Source of the DNA: Gemmatimonadota bacterium
GTDB taxonomy: Bacteria > Gemmatimonadota > Gemmatimonadetes > Gemmatimonadales > GWC2-71-9
Length of the DNA stretch: 64,000 nt
NCBI GenBank assembly: GCA_041477065.1
Contig: JBGOUQ010000011.1
Span: 33,423 to 97,422, forward strand
Reading direction: 5' to 3'
Within the stretch, counting starts at the first letter, position 1; each line of letters begins with the position of its first letter. The notes beneath the pieces are model-generated. The model saw nothing but the letters and a program-made list of their open reading frames with translations. It made no database searches and was not told the DNA's origin. Of this stretch, positions 18,565 to 28,034 are shown in pieces. Both the position numbers and the translations under genes were made by a program.

Positions 18565-19824
18565 TCAGTTTCCCCGCAGTCGCTCCGCCTCCGCCACCCG
18601 CTGCAGCGCGATCGCGTACGCCGCCGTCCGGAACGTCACACCTCTCTGCTTGGCCAGGTCGCGCACCGCGCTGTAGGCCTTGGTGATGGTCGCCTTGAGC
18701 TCCCGGTTCACCTGCTCGTGCGTCCAGCGGTACTGCTGGAGGTTCTGGGCCCACTCGTAGTAGCTCACCGTCACGCCGCCGGCGTTGGCGAGGAAGTCGG
18801 GGAGGACCGGGATGCCCCGTTCCTCGAGGATCAAGTCGGCGGTCGGCGTGGTCGGCTCATTGGCGCCTTCGACCAGGACCTTGCACTCGATGGTGCGGGC
18901 GTTCGCTTCCTTCGTAATGACCCCGCCCAAGGCCGCGGGGACCAGCCAGTCACACGGGATCGTCCACAGCCCGTCGTTGGTGATCGCGGTCCCGTCCTTC
19001 CACGCCGACACGGGCTTGCGCTCCGCCACGTGGGCGAGGAGACCGGGGAGGTCGAGTCCTTTGTCGTTGACGATCCCGCCCTCCACGTCGCTCACCGCGA
19101 TGACCTTGGCGCCGGCTTCGACGTCCAGCAGGCGGGCGAGATGGCTCCCCACATTGCCGAACCCCTGGATGACGACTCGCGCGCCTTTGAGCGGGATCCC
19201 GAAGTCCCGCGCGTATTCGGCCATCACGTACATCACGCCGCGGCCCGTCGCTTCCTCACGCCCCAGCGAGCCGCCGAGCGACACCGGCTTGCCGGTGACC
19301 ACCGCGGGCGTGTACCCCTGCCGGCTCGAATACTCGTCGAGGATCCAAGCCATCACCTGGGCGTTGGTGTTCACGTCCGGCGCCGGGATGTCGCGATAGG
19401 GACCGAGGACGATCGCGATGCGCTGGGTGAACCGTCGCGTGAGCCGCTCGAGCTCGAGCGTGGAAAGCTGGCGGGGATCCACGGTGACGCCCCCCTTGGC
19501 CCCGCCGAAGGGGATGTCCATCAGCGCCGTTTTCCAGGTCATGATCGTGGCGAGGCCGAGGACCTCGTCGTGGTCGGCGTGCGGATGGTAGCGGATGCCG
19601 CCCTTGCACGGGCCGCGCGCGCCGTTGTGCTGGATGCGATAGCCGGTGAACACCTCGATGCGGCCGTCGTCCATACGCACCGGCACCTCCACCTGGACCT
19701 CCCGGAACGGCGAGGTGAGGATGCGGCGCATGTATTGCTCGAGGTTGATCAGGTCGGCGGCGCGATCGAACTGGCTCTGCGCGATCGCCTTGCCCGACAT
19801 GATCGGGCGGGGCAGAGCGGTCAT
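18565..19824 (-). CDS. gdhA: Glu/Leu/Phe/Val dehydrogenase (glutamate dehydrogenase)
   Basis: GPCKGGIRY, GGAKGG, DIPAPDVNT, VIQGFGNVG, ANAGGVTVSY. Confidence 0.93.
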   Translation of the reverse strand: MTALPRPIMSGKAIAQSQFDRAADLINLEQYMRRILTSPFREVQVEVPVRMDDGRIEVFTGYRIQHNGARGPCKGGIRYHPHADHDEVLGLATIMTWKTALMDIPFGGAKGGVTVDPRQLSTLELERLTRRFTQRIAIVLGPYRDIPAPDVNTNAQVMAWILDEYSSRQGYTPAVVTGKPVSLGGSLGREEATGRGVMYVMAEYARDFGIPLKGARVVIQGFGNVGSHLARLLDVEAGAKVIAVSDVEGGIVNDKGLDLPGLLAHVAERKPVSAWKDGTAITNDGLWTIPCDWLVPAALGGVITKEANARTIECKVLVEGANEPTTPTADLILEERGIPVLPDFLANAGGVTVSYYEWAQNLQQYRWTHEQVNRELKATITKAYSAVRDLAKQRGVTFRTAAYAIALQRVAEAERLRGN

Positions 19825-20951
19825 ACGGGGGCTTTCAGGCGGCGTCCCGCGATCCGGGCGCCGGGATGCTGGGCTTCGGCCAGGGCGTGCGGCGGCTGCG
19901 GCATCCGCGGCCGCCGTTGTCCGGCGTCGGTCAGCACGCCGATGACGTCGGCGCCCACGGATCCGGGCGCTTCAGCCGCGTGCTCCAGTACGAAGACCAG
20001 CCCAGCCCGCGCTTCCGCGATGGCGCTCGTGAGCGCCGCCCAGCCGGCCTCGGGTGCGAGGGGCCGCAGCGAAGCCACCAGCGGCACCGTGGCGGGATCG
20101 AACGCGTCGCGACCCACCAACGGGGCCCGGAGCGCCTCGGCGAGCGGGGCCCACACGGGCAGGCTCGGGCCCACCGTGACGACCTGGCCGAACCGCCATC
20201 CCGAATCCTCCGCCAGCTCGGCGAATGCCTTGGCGAGGGCTTCGTCGCTCGGCGGCACCGGGCCCGGCACCGGCGCCAGCACCACCGACCCGGTCTCGGC
20301 AAACCACCGCTCCGCGGGGTGTAGGGCGTCCGGTCGGCGCGGCGCCCAGAAGGCGTAGCGCCGGGTGGCCGCGATCTCGCGCTCGGCGTCTTCGCGCTGC
20401 TCGGCGTGCTCGGCCGCCTGCGCCGCCGCTTCGAATGCCACCTCGGCCGCGACGTAGCGGCCGGCCTCGCGCAGGATCTTCCCGCGCAACTTCAGGGTCT
20501 CGGTGTGCGGCTCGAGTCCGAACGCGCGGTCGAGCGCGAGTAGCGCCCGGTTGGGATCGCCCAGTCGGTAGGCCGCGTAGCCGAGCTCGTGCCACACCAG
20601 CGCGAGGTCCGGGTCGGCCTCCACCGCGCGCTCCAGCACCGCCAGCGCGTCGCGGAAGCGGCCGAGCTCGATGAGCGCCGCGCCCTTGAGCGCGAGGGGG
20701 AACGCCACGCCGCCGAACTGCGCTTCGGCGCCCTCCGCCAGCCGCAGGGCGTCGTCGGGACGGCCGGCGCCGCGCAACAGCTCGAAGTATTCGGCCCAGC
20801 AGGGTTTCAAATCGGGATGGGTCGCGAGCACGCCGCGGAACGCGGACTCGGCGTCGGCCACGCGCCCCTCGCGGGCCAACCACCGCGCGCGGGCCATCGC
20901 CCGCTCGCTGGGCGCGTCCGGAAACAGATCGTAGGACGCCGTGGTCCGCAT
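19821..20951 (-). CDS. TPR-repeat protein with alpha/beta C-terminal domain
   Basis: Several TPR-like helical repeats (ALKGAALIELGRFRDALAVLERAVEADPD); ATG 20951 preceded by TAGATT. Confidence 0.75.
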   Translation of the reverse strand: MRTTASYDLFPDAPSERAMARARWLAREGRVADAESAFRGVLATHPDLKPCWAEYFELLRGAGRPDDALRLAEGAEAQFGGVAFPLALKGAALIELGRFRDALAVLERAVEADPDLALVWHELGYAAYRLGDPNRALLALDRAFGLEPHTETLKLRGKILREAGRYVAAEVAFEAAAQAAEHAEQREDAEREIAATRRYAFWAPRRPDALHPAERWFAETGSVVLAPVPGPVPPSDEALAKAFAELAEDSGWRFGQVVTVGPSLPVWAPLAEALRAPLVGRDAFDPATVPLVASLRPLAPEAGWAALTSAIAEARAGLVFVLEHAAEAPGSVGADVIGVLTDAGQRRPRMPQPPHALAEAQHPGARIAGRRLKAPV

Positions 20952-21018
20952 GCCGGAGAATCTACCCCGCGCCACCGCGCTGGCTAGGCGAGCCGGTGTC
21001 CTCTACATTTCGCGCACC

Positions 21019-22359
21019 ATGGACTCCGACCGATTGCTGCGAGAGCTGACGGCATTCCTGCGCATACCGTCAGTCTCCACGCTTCCCGCGCACAACGCCG
21101 ATTGCCGCCGCGCCGCCGAATGGGTGGCCGCCGAGCTGCGGGGCCTGGGCTGCCGCGACGTGCAATTCCTCGGCAGCGACTCGCATCCGGTCGTTTGGGG
21201 CATGGGCCCCGATGTCCCCGGGACACCCACGCTCCTGTTGTACGGTCATTACGACGTCCAGCCCCCCGATCCACTCGACGAATGGTTGTCGCCGCCCTTC
21301 GAGCCCACGGTCCGCGACGGGAAGCTCTTCGCCCGCGGTGCCGCCGACGACAAGGGCCAGGTCTTCTGCCTGCTCAAGGCGATCGAGGCCGGCGGCCGGC
21401 CCCCGGTCAACTTCCGCTTCCTGATCGAAGGCGAGGAGGAGTACGGCAGCAAGGTCCTGTTCGACCTGCTGCGGCGCGAACCCGAGCGCACCAAGGCGGA
21501 CGCCGTGCTCGTCGCCGACATGGCGTACGTCGCGCCCGGTTGGCCCGCCGTGTACACGGCGCTCCGGGGGATGGCCTACGCCGAGATCACCGTGCGCACT
21601 GCGAAGTCCGACCTGCACTCGGGTGAGTACGGCGGAGCCGCGCCCAACGCCCACGAGGAGCTGTGCCGGCTGCTGAGCCGGCTCAAGGGATCGGACGGAA
21701 AGATCAATGTTCCCGGCCTCTATCAAGCGGTGCGGCCGCCGACCAAGGCGGAGCGCACCTTGTGGAAGAAGTTGCCGTTCAAGGAGAAGGAATTCCTCGC
21801 CAAGCGGGTGCAGGCCAAGGCGCTCACCGGGCTGAAGCGGTATTCGGTGCTGGAGCGCCTGTGGGCCCTCCCCACCTTCGAGATCCACGGTATCACGGGC
21901 GGGTTCACCGGAGCCGGGGCCAAGACGGTCATTCCGGCCGAGGCGACCGCCAAGGTCAGTCTGCGGCTCGTGCCGAACCAGAAGTGGGCCACCGTCGAAC
22001 GGCAGGTGACCGCCGCCGTGAAAAAGCTCGCGCCTCGCTACGTGACAGCGACGGTGCGGTTTCTGCACGGGGCGGACCCGGCGGTCATCAAGGTGAACCG
22101 CCCGGTGTTTGCCCTGCTGGACCGCGCGTTCGAGGAGGTCGTCGGGAGGGGCACGGTCACCGCGCGGGCCGGCGGCTCGATCCCCGTGGTATCTGCGCTT
22201 GGCCTCTCCGGCGCGCCGGTGCTGCTCACCGGCATCGGCCTCCCCGACGACCGGCTGCACGCCCCGAATGAGAAGCTCGACTTGCAGCAGCTGTGGGACG
22301 GGATCGAAGTGTTCAAGCGGTTCTTCCACCTGCTCGCCAACGCCGCTCCCGCCCCGTAG
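21019..22359 (+). CDS. M20/M25/M40 family dipeptidase
   Basis: YGHYDVQP, ARGAADDKGQ, EGEEEYGS, GGSIP, HAPNEK. Confidence 0.93.
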   Translation: MDSDRLLRELTAFLRIPSVSTLPAHNADCRRAAEWVAAELRGLGCRDVQFLGSDSHPVVWGMGPDVPGTPTLLLYGHYDVQPPDPLDEWLSPPFEPTVRDGKLFARGAADDKGQVFCLLKAIEAGGRPPVNFRFLIEGEEEYGSKVLFDLLRREPERTKADAVLVADMAYVAPGWPAVYTALRGMAYAEITVRTAKSDLHSGEYGGAAPNAHEELCRLLSRLKGSDGKINVPGLYQAVRPPTKAERTLWKKLPFKEKEFLAKRVQAKALTGLKRYSVLERLWALPTFEIHGITGGFTGAGAKTVIPAEATAKVSLRLVPNQKWATVERQVTAAVKKLAPRYVTATVRFLHGADPAVIKVNRPVFALLDRAFEEVVGRGTVTARAGGSIPVVSALGLSGAPVLLTGIGLPDDRLHAPNEKLDLQQLWDGIEVFKRFFHLLANAAPAP

Positions 22360-22468
22360 CCTCCCGGGCCGAGCGGATTCGCCCAAGTCCCGGCTCGGCC
22401 AGCGGTTGTACGATTTGTGAGGTTGTGCACAGCCGCCGCCTCCAGACGTCTCTTATATTGGGCAAACC

Positions 22469-23062
22469 ATGCACCGCGCTCTGTATCTCACCGGCCTCGG
22501 CTACCTCGCGATTTGCGGGGCCGTTTTGCTGCGCCACAGAGCGATTCCGCCTCCCGCTCCTCTCCCCCCCCCTCGCGAGACGGAGCCTCACCCGACCCCT
22601 GTCTCTCCCACCGGGTCGGGGCAAGAGTGGTTTACCACCATCAAACCGTTCTGCAACGCGGTGGAGGTGGAAATCGCCCAGCGGGACCGCCCCGCGCCCG
22701 CGACCCTCGATGGACAGGGCTTCAGCGCTGCTTGCTACGCACTCGGTGGAAAGCTGGATTTGGCGCGGGCGGTGATCAATCGCTTGCCCCAGGGCCAGCG
22801 GGCGCAGGGGGCTGAGATCGTGTTCGAGGTCGCCCACCCGGTGGCCGACGCCGGCGACGACCGCTCGGCGGGACCCATCATGGAGCTCGTGGTGGAGTAC
22901 CAGCCAGATCACTTCATGGCCCTCTACCACGCCGGCATGGCCGAATACGCTCTGGGTCAGCCCGCGCTCGCGCGGAAGCACCTCGAGTCGTTCCTCATCA
23001 TCTATCGCCAGAGCGACGGCTGGACCCAGAATGCGCGAGACGCGCTCGCGCACCTTCGCTAG
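22469..23062 (+). CDS. Membrane-anchored TPR-like hypothetical protein
   Basis: N-terminal hydrophobic anchor; Pro-rich linker; ALYHAGMAEYALGQ TPR-like repeat. Confidence 0.7.
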   Translation: MHRALYLTGLGYLAICGAVLLRHRAIPPPAPLPPPRETEPHPTPVSPTGSGQEWFTTIKPFCNAVEVEIAQRDRPAPATLDGQGFSAACYALGGKLDLARAVINRLPQGQRAQGAEIVFEVAHPVADAGDDRSAGPIMELVVEYQPDHFMALYHAGMAEYALGQPALARKHLESFLIIYRQSDGWTQNARDALAHLR

Positions 23063-23073
23063 CCGCCTTCCCG

Positions 23074-24921
23074 GTGGCTGAGCCCACCTATCTCGCTCCC
23101 GGCGCGGTTCTCCAGGACCGCTACGTCATCGCGGGCGAGATCGGGCGCGGCGGATACTCGATCGTCTATCGCGCACACGACCCCCGCGTCGGCGCCGACG
23201 TCGCGATCAAGCTGCTCGTCCCCCCTCCCGCGGCGGCCCGTCTCGCCCGCGAGCGGCTCCGTCGGGAAGTGCAGGCGGTGCGCCAGATCAGCCATCCGAA
23301 CATCGTCGCCGTCTACGACGTGGCAGAGGACGGCCCGTGGAGCTTCGTCGTGATGGAGTACGTGGCGGGCCCCGACCTCGCCGTACGCGTACGGGAACGG
23401 GGTCCCCTCGATGTCGACGCAGTGGTGCGCCTCGGGCGTGAGATCGCTGGGGCGCTCGACGCCGCCCACCGGCGGGGAATTCTGCACCGCGACGTCAAGC
23501 CGCAAAACATCCTGCTCGCTCCTGACGGACGGGCGCGTCTGACCGACTTCGGCTCCGCCAGGCTGACCGGACTGGAAACCGTCACACAAACCGGTGGATT
23601 GGTGGGGACCGCCGACTACGCGGCGCCCGAGCTGCTCGCGGGACATCGCGGCGACGCCCGGGCCGATGCCTATGCCCTCGGCGTGACCCTCTACTACGCC
23701 TTGATTGGCGCCTTGCCTCCCTCCCCACGGTCCGTGACCTCGGCCGTCGTCGCCGCGGGAAGCGGGGAGCACCGGCCGCGGCGCCGTCGCCCGGAACTCC
23801 CGGCCTGGCTCGACGAGGTCGTCGCCCGCGCCACGATGCCCGATCCTGACGACCGGTTTCCCGGAGTGGCGATTCTCGGAACGGCGCTCGAGCTGGGCGG
23901 GGACGAAGCGCACCCGATGCCCGCGCCTCCCGGAAAGGATCGCTGTGCGTTGTGCCAGGCACTGGAGCCGTTCGGCATTGGGGTCTGTCCCCGGTGCGCG
24001 CGTCGCGCCAGTGCGGGGGACGACGTGCTGGTGTTCCTCGAGCGGACGTCGAGCGGGCCCGCGCGCCGGGCCGTGCGGGAGGCACTGGAGGAGCGGGTCG
24101 GCGCCGGGCTGTCTTCGGCAGGGCGGGACGCCGCGGCGGCCGGCGAGCGGCCGTTGATGCGCGTGCCCGCGGACGCGGGGCCGCGGGTCGTGGATCTGCT
24201 CTTGGCGCACGGCCTGCCTGCACGCACCGAAACGCGCACGCCGCTATCGCGTGCCGACGTCCCCGCGCCGATCGCCATCCTCGCGGGCGTCGTGGCGGTG
24301 GCCGGGGCCGCCGCCGGACTCGCTGCCTCCATGCCCGTTCTGCTCGTGACGAGTCCGGCCGTGGCGGCGGGGCTGGTGTGCGCGGCGGCCCTGGGGCGCG
24401 GTCGCCCCCTGTGGAACCCGCGGCCCGCAGTCTCCTCGACCCTCCCGCCGCCTGCCGAGCGGGCCGCCGTCAGAGCATTGGCGGCCGTGCCGGCCGGTCA
24501 CGCCCGCGCGCTGCTGCTCGACGTGCTTCGCCGGGCGACGACGAGAGGCGGGTGGGGGGGAGGGGGGGGCGGTGGGGCGGCGAGCGCCGAGCAGCTGGGC
24601 CCGCTGATCGTCGCGGCGTGCACCGCGGCGCAAGATCTGGCGGCCCTGGAGCAGCACCTCGCCGCCTTCGACGAGCAGCGGGACCGCCTCGCCGGCGCAT
24701 CCACCGCGTGGCTCGACGCGCTCGGCCGCTGCGAGCGGGGCCGCGATCTGCTCACGCAGCGCCTGCTCGACGCGAGTGCCGCGCTGAGCGGCTGGCAGGC
24801 GCACGCGCTCACTTCAGCCGAGGGAGGGAGCGGCACCCTCGCCGAACTCGCGCTGAATCTGGATGAAGAGGGCCGCCGCCAGGCGGAGGCGGCGCGGGAG
24901 GTCGCGGACCTCCTGGCCTAG
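23074..24921 (+). CDS. Hanks-type Ser/Thr kinase with Zn finger, TM hairpin and coiled-coil tail
   Basis: GRGGYS, VAIK, HRDVKPQN, DFG, APE; CALC...CPRC; two hydrophobic helices. Confidence 0.92.
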   Translation: MAEPTYLAPGAVLQDRYVIAGEIGRGGYSIVYRAHDPRVGADVAIKLLVPPPAAARLARERLRREVQAVRQISHPNIVAVYDVAEDGPWSFVVMEYVAGPDLAVRVRERGPLDVDAVVRLGREIAGALDAAHRRGILHRDVKPQNILLAPDGRARLTDFGSARLTGLETVTQTGGLVGTADYAAPELLAGHRGDARADAYALGVTLYYALIGALPPSPRSVTSAVVAAGSGEHRPRRRRPELPAWLDEVVARATMPDPDDRFPGVAILGTALELGGDEAHPMPAPPGKDRCALCQALEPFGIGVCPRCARRASAGDDVLVFLERTSSGPARRAVREALEERVGAGLSSAGRDAAAAGERPLMRVPADAGPRVVDLLLAHGLPARTETRTPLSRADVPAPIAILAGVVAVAGAAAGLAASMPVLLVTSPAVAAGLVCAAALGRGRPLWNPRPAVSSTLPPPAERAAVRALAAVPAGHARALLLDVLRRATTRGGWGGGGGGGAASAEQLGPLIVAACTAAQDLAALEQHLAAFDEQRDRLAGASTAWLDALGRCERGRDLLTQRLLDASAALSGWQAHALTSAEGGSGTLAELALNLDEEGRRQAEAAREVADLLA

Positions 24922-25538
24922 CCGAGCACCTTCTTGCTCGCGTTGCGGAACTTGTTGATCTCGTGCTGGGTCAGACCGCGGCCCCCGTAGCGCTCTTCCG
25001 TCCACGGGTCACCACGCATATGGTAGCCGTTCTGCTCCCAGAACCCGGGAAGGTCTTCCTCCAACAGCTCGAAGCCGCGCACCCACTTTGCGCTCTTCCA
25101 CAAGTACAGGTGCGGCACCAGCAGCCGAGCCGGCCAGCCGTGCTCCGGCGTGAGCCACTCGCCGCTCCACTTCAGCGCGATCAGGTTGTCGGGCCGATCG
25201 AGGTCGGCGAGCGGCAAATTGGTCGTGAACCCCTGCTCGGCGAACACGAGGCAGTACTTCGCCTCCGGCTTCACGCCGCCGCGCTCGAGCAGCACCTGCA
25301 CTGGAACGCCTTCGAACGTGTTGTCCAGCCGGCTCCAAGTGGTGACGCAGTGCATGTCGCATTGGATCGTCTTCCGCGGCAGCTGCAGCAGCTCGTCATA
25401 AGAGATGGAGAACGGGTGCTCCACGAGCCCCGACACCATGAACGTCCACGCGGCCGTGTCCACCCGCGGTACGTTGCCGTAGTGCAGGACCGGCCACTTG
25501 GTGGTCGCAATTTGGCCCGGCGGGACCCGGTCGGTCAC
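24918..25538 (-). CDS. Sulfite-oxidase-like molybdopterin oxidoreductase (YuiH-like)
   Basis: RVPPGQ..TTKWPVLH, DMHCVTTWS, EHGWPARLLVPHLYLWKSAKW, GFWEQNGYH; GTG overlaps the lipB stop. Confidence 0.9.
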   Translation of the reverse strand: MTDRVPPGQIATTKWPVLHYGNVPRVDTAAWTFMVSGLVEHPFSISYDELLQLPRKTIQCDMHCVTTWSRLDNTFEGVPVQVLLERGGVKPEAKYCLVFAEQGFTTNLPLADLDRPDNLIALKWSGEWLTPEHGWPARLLVPHLYLWKSAKWVRGFELLEEDLPGFWEQNGYHMRGDPWTEERYGGRGLTQHEINKFRNASKKVLG

Positions 25539-26206
25539 GGCGCGGCGTTTCTCGGCGTCGCGACGGCATAGAGGCCAAAGGCTGCTTCGAATGACCGTAC
25601 CACCGCGTCCACGCTCGCGTCCCAGAGGGACCCATCCCCCTTCCTCGCTCCGCCTTCCCGCTCGATCGACGTCATCTGCACTCCTGGGATCCCGCACGGC
25701 ACGATCCGGTCGAAGTCCGTGAGATCGGTCGTGACGTTGAGCGCGAAGCCGTGCCAGGTGACCCACTGCTTCACGTGGACGCCGATGCTCGCGATCTTGC
25801 GCCCGCGCGTCCACACACCCGTGTAGCCCGGCCGCCGCTCCCCGCCGATGCCGAGCGAGGCCAGGGCGGTGATCAGCGCCTGCTCGAGCGTGCGCAGGTA
25901 CCAGTGCAGGTCCTGCTTGTGCCGCGTCAGGTCGAGGATCGGGTAGCCCACCAGCTGGCCTGGGCCGTGATAGGTCACGTCGCCGCCGCGCTCGACCTCG
26001 AAGACTTCGATTCCATCGCCCTGGAGCAGGTGCGCCTCGTGGGAGCTCCGGCCGCAAGTGACGACCGGCGGATGCTCGAGCAGCAGCAGCAGGTCGGGCA
26101 GCTGCCGGTCCTCGATCCGCGCCCGGGCGACCCGGCGCTGCCACTCCAGCGCCTCGCCATAGGGGACCCGGCCGGCCTCGACGACTTCGAGGATGGGCGG
26201 GCTCAT
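25535..26206 (-). CDS. lipB: Lipoyl(octanoyl) transferase
   Basis: LEHPPV, RGGDVTYHGPGQLVGYP, KIASIG, HGFALN, IVPCGI. Confidence 0.95.
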   Translation of the reverse strand: MSPPILEVVEAGRVPYGEALEWQRRVARARIEDRQLPDLLLLLEHPPVVTCGRSSHEAHLLQGDGIEVFEVERGGDVTYHGPGQLVGYPILDLTRHKQDLHWYLRTLEQALITALASLGIGGERRPGYTGVWTRGRKIASIGVHVKQWVTWHGFALNVTTDLTDFDRIVPCGIPGVQMTSIEREGGARKGDGSLWDASVDAVVRSFEAAFGLYAVATPRNAAP

Positions 26207-26637
26207 GTGGGCGGTTCCGTTCCCCGGCCCTTGATCGCCCAACGACTTCCCGCCACGCCGATGGCGGCCATGGCCACGGCGAGCAAGATCAGGCCGGTGG
26301 TGCCGAAGAGCTGCCGGGCGGGAATGGTCAGGAAGAAGGCGATCATCAGGGCGCCGAACACGGACAGGACCGCCACGACGCCGCGCTGCCACACGTTCTC
26401 GACGCCGAGACTGCGGCGCCAGCCGAACAGGGCCGCGACGGCGATGCCGGCGACCAGGCCGGCGATGAGCAGGTCCCCGGTGACGTCGCGGGCGGGGTTC
26501 CCGTCGGTCGCGACCGCGCGTTGCGCCAGCTGCATCAGGAGGAGCGTGAGGGTAATACAGGCGGCGCCCAGACCCACGCCGGTGGCGAGGGCTCCCACCC
26601 CGATGGCGAGCGGGTCCTTCGGCGCGGGCTCGCTCAG
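26203..26637 (-). CDS. Hypothetical 4-TM membrane protein
   Basis: Four hydrophobic helices; ORF track start is GTG 26598, but an in-frame CTG at 26637 overlaps the lpdA stop. Confidence 0.7.
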   Translation of the reverse strand: MSEPAPKDPLAIGVGALATGVGLGAACITLTLLLMQLAQRAVATDGNPARDVTGDLLIAGLVAGIAVAALFGWRRSLGVENVWQRGVVAVLSVFGALMIAFFLTIPARQLFGTTGLILLAVAMAAIGVAGSRWAIKGRGTEPPT

Positions 26638-28025
26638 ATGTTCATCACTCGCCCGAGCGAGTCGAGGGCCGCCTCCGCGATGGCCTCCGACATCGTGGGA
26701 TGGGCGTGGATGGCGAGGTCCACTTCCTCCACGGTGTACTCGTTTTCGCGCGCGACGGCGAGCTCATGGATCATCTCCGAGGCGTGCGCGCCGACGATGT
26801 GCGCGCCCAGGATCTCCCCGTACTTCTTGTCCCGAAGAATCTTCACGAAGCCCTCGGTCTCGCCCGTGCCGCGCGCGCGTCCGTTGGCCGAGAAGGGGAA
26901 GCGTCCCGCGACATAGTCGAGCTTCTTCTCCTTGCACTGTTCCTCGGTGAGTCCGATGCTCGCGACCTCGGGGTGGCAATAGGTCACGCTCGGCACATTG
27001 TCGTACTTGATCGCCGGGGGCTTGTGGCCCGCGAGGCGCTCGGCGACGACCACGCCCTCCCGGCTACCCTTGTGGGCCAGCATCGGCGGGCCTGCCACGT
27101 CGCCGATCGCGTAATAGCCGGGATCGGTGGTCTGCAGGCCCTGGTCCACCTTGATGAACCCGCGCTCGGTGAGCTGAATGCCGCACTCCTTGAGCCCGAG
27201 GTTCTCCGTGTTCACGGCGCGGCCGGCCGCCATGAGCACCACGGCCGCCTCGATCTGCCGCTTCTCCCCGGCCGCCTCCACCTCCAGCACCACCTTGTCC
27301 TTCCCGACGGTCGCGCGGGTGACCTTGGCGCCGGCGATCGCCTCGATACCGCGCTTCTTGAAGCTCCTGGCGAGCGCGGTCGAGGATTCCGCGTCCTCCA
27401 GCGGGAGGATCCGGGGCAAAGCCTCGAGTATGGTCACCTTCACGCCGAAGGCGTTGAAGATGTCCGCGAACTCCATACCCACGGCGCCCGCGCCGATGAT
27501 CGCCATCGTGGGCGGGATCTTCTCCATCAGCAGAGCCTCATCCGAGGAGATGACCGTCGTCTTGTTGATCTCGAGGCCGATCTGCGGGATTCCCTTCACC
27601 CGCGAGCCGGACGCGACGACCACCGCGCGCGTCGCTTCGTAGGTCTCGGCGCCGACCTTCACCTTCCTGCCGGGGAGCAGCGTGCCTGCGCCTTTGACGA
27701 CCGTGATCTTGTGCTTCTTCATCAGAAACTCGACGCCCTTGGAGTTCTGTTCGGCCACGCGGCGGGAGCGGAGCATGGCGACGCTATAGTCCGTCTTCAC
27801 GGAGGCGGCCTCGATCCCGAATGCCTTGGCATCCTTCAGCAGGTTGGCGATGTAGGCGGAGTGGAGCAAGGCTTTGGTCGGGATGCAGCCGATATTCACG
27901 CACACGCCGCCGAGTTTGTCTTTCTCGATGACAGCGGTGGTGAGGCCCAGCTGGGCGCAGCGGATGGCGCAGACGTAGCCGGCCGGACCGCCTCCGAGAA
28001 TGATGACGTCGAATGAATTCGCCAC
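26634..28025 (-). CDS. lpdA: Dihydrolipoyl dehydrogenase (E3)
   Basis: GGGPAGY, GGVCVNIGCIPTK, HAHPTMSE. Confidence 0.97.
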   Translation of the reverse strand: MANSFDVIILGGGPAGYVCAIRCAQLGLTTAVIEKDKLGGVCVNIGCIPTKALLHSAYIANLLKDAKAFGIEAASVKTDYSVAMLRSRRVAEQNSKGVEFLMKKHKITVVKGAGTLLPGRKVKVGAETYEATRAVVVASGSRVKGIPQIGLEINKTTVISSDEALLMEKIPPTMAIIGAGAVGMEFADIFNAFGVKVTILEALPRILPLEDAESSTALARSFKKRGIEAIAGAKVTRATVGKDKVVLEVEAAGEKRQIEAAVVLMAAGRAVNTENLGLKECGIQLTERGFIKVDQGLQTTDPGYYAIGDVAGPPMLAHKGSREGVVVAERLAGHKPPAIKYDNVPSVTYCHPEVASIGLTEEQCKEKKLDYVAGRFPFSANGRARGTGETEGFVKILRDKKYGEILGAHIVGAHASEMIHELAVARENEYTVEEVDLAIHAHPTMSEAIAEAALDSLGRVMNI

Positions 28026-28034
28026 GGGTTCCTC

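Noticed and set aside
22404-22430. Repeated TTGT motifs upstream of the TPR gene
   Set aside because: Too short and irregular to call an operator
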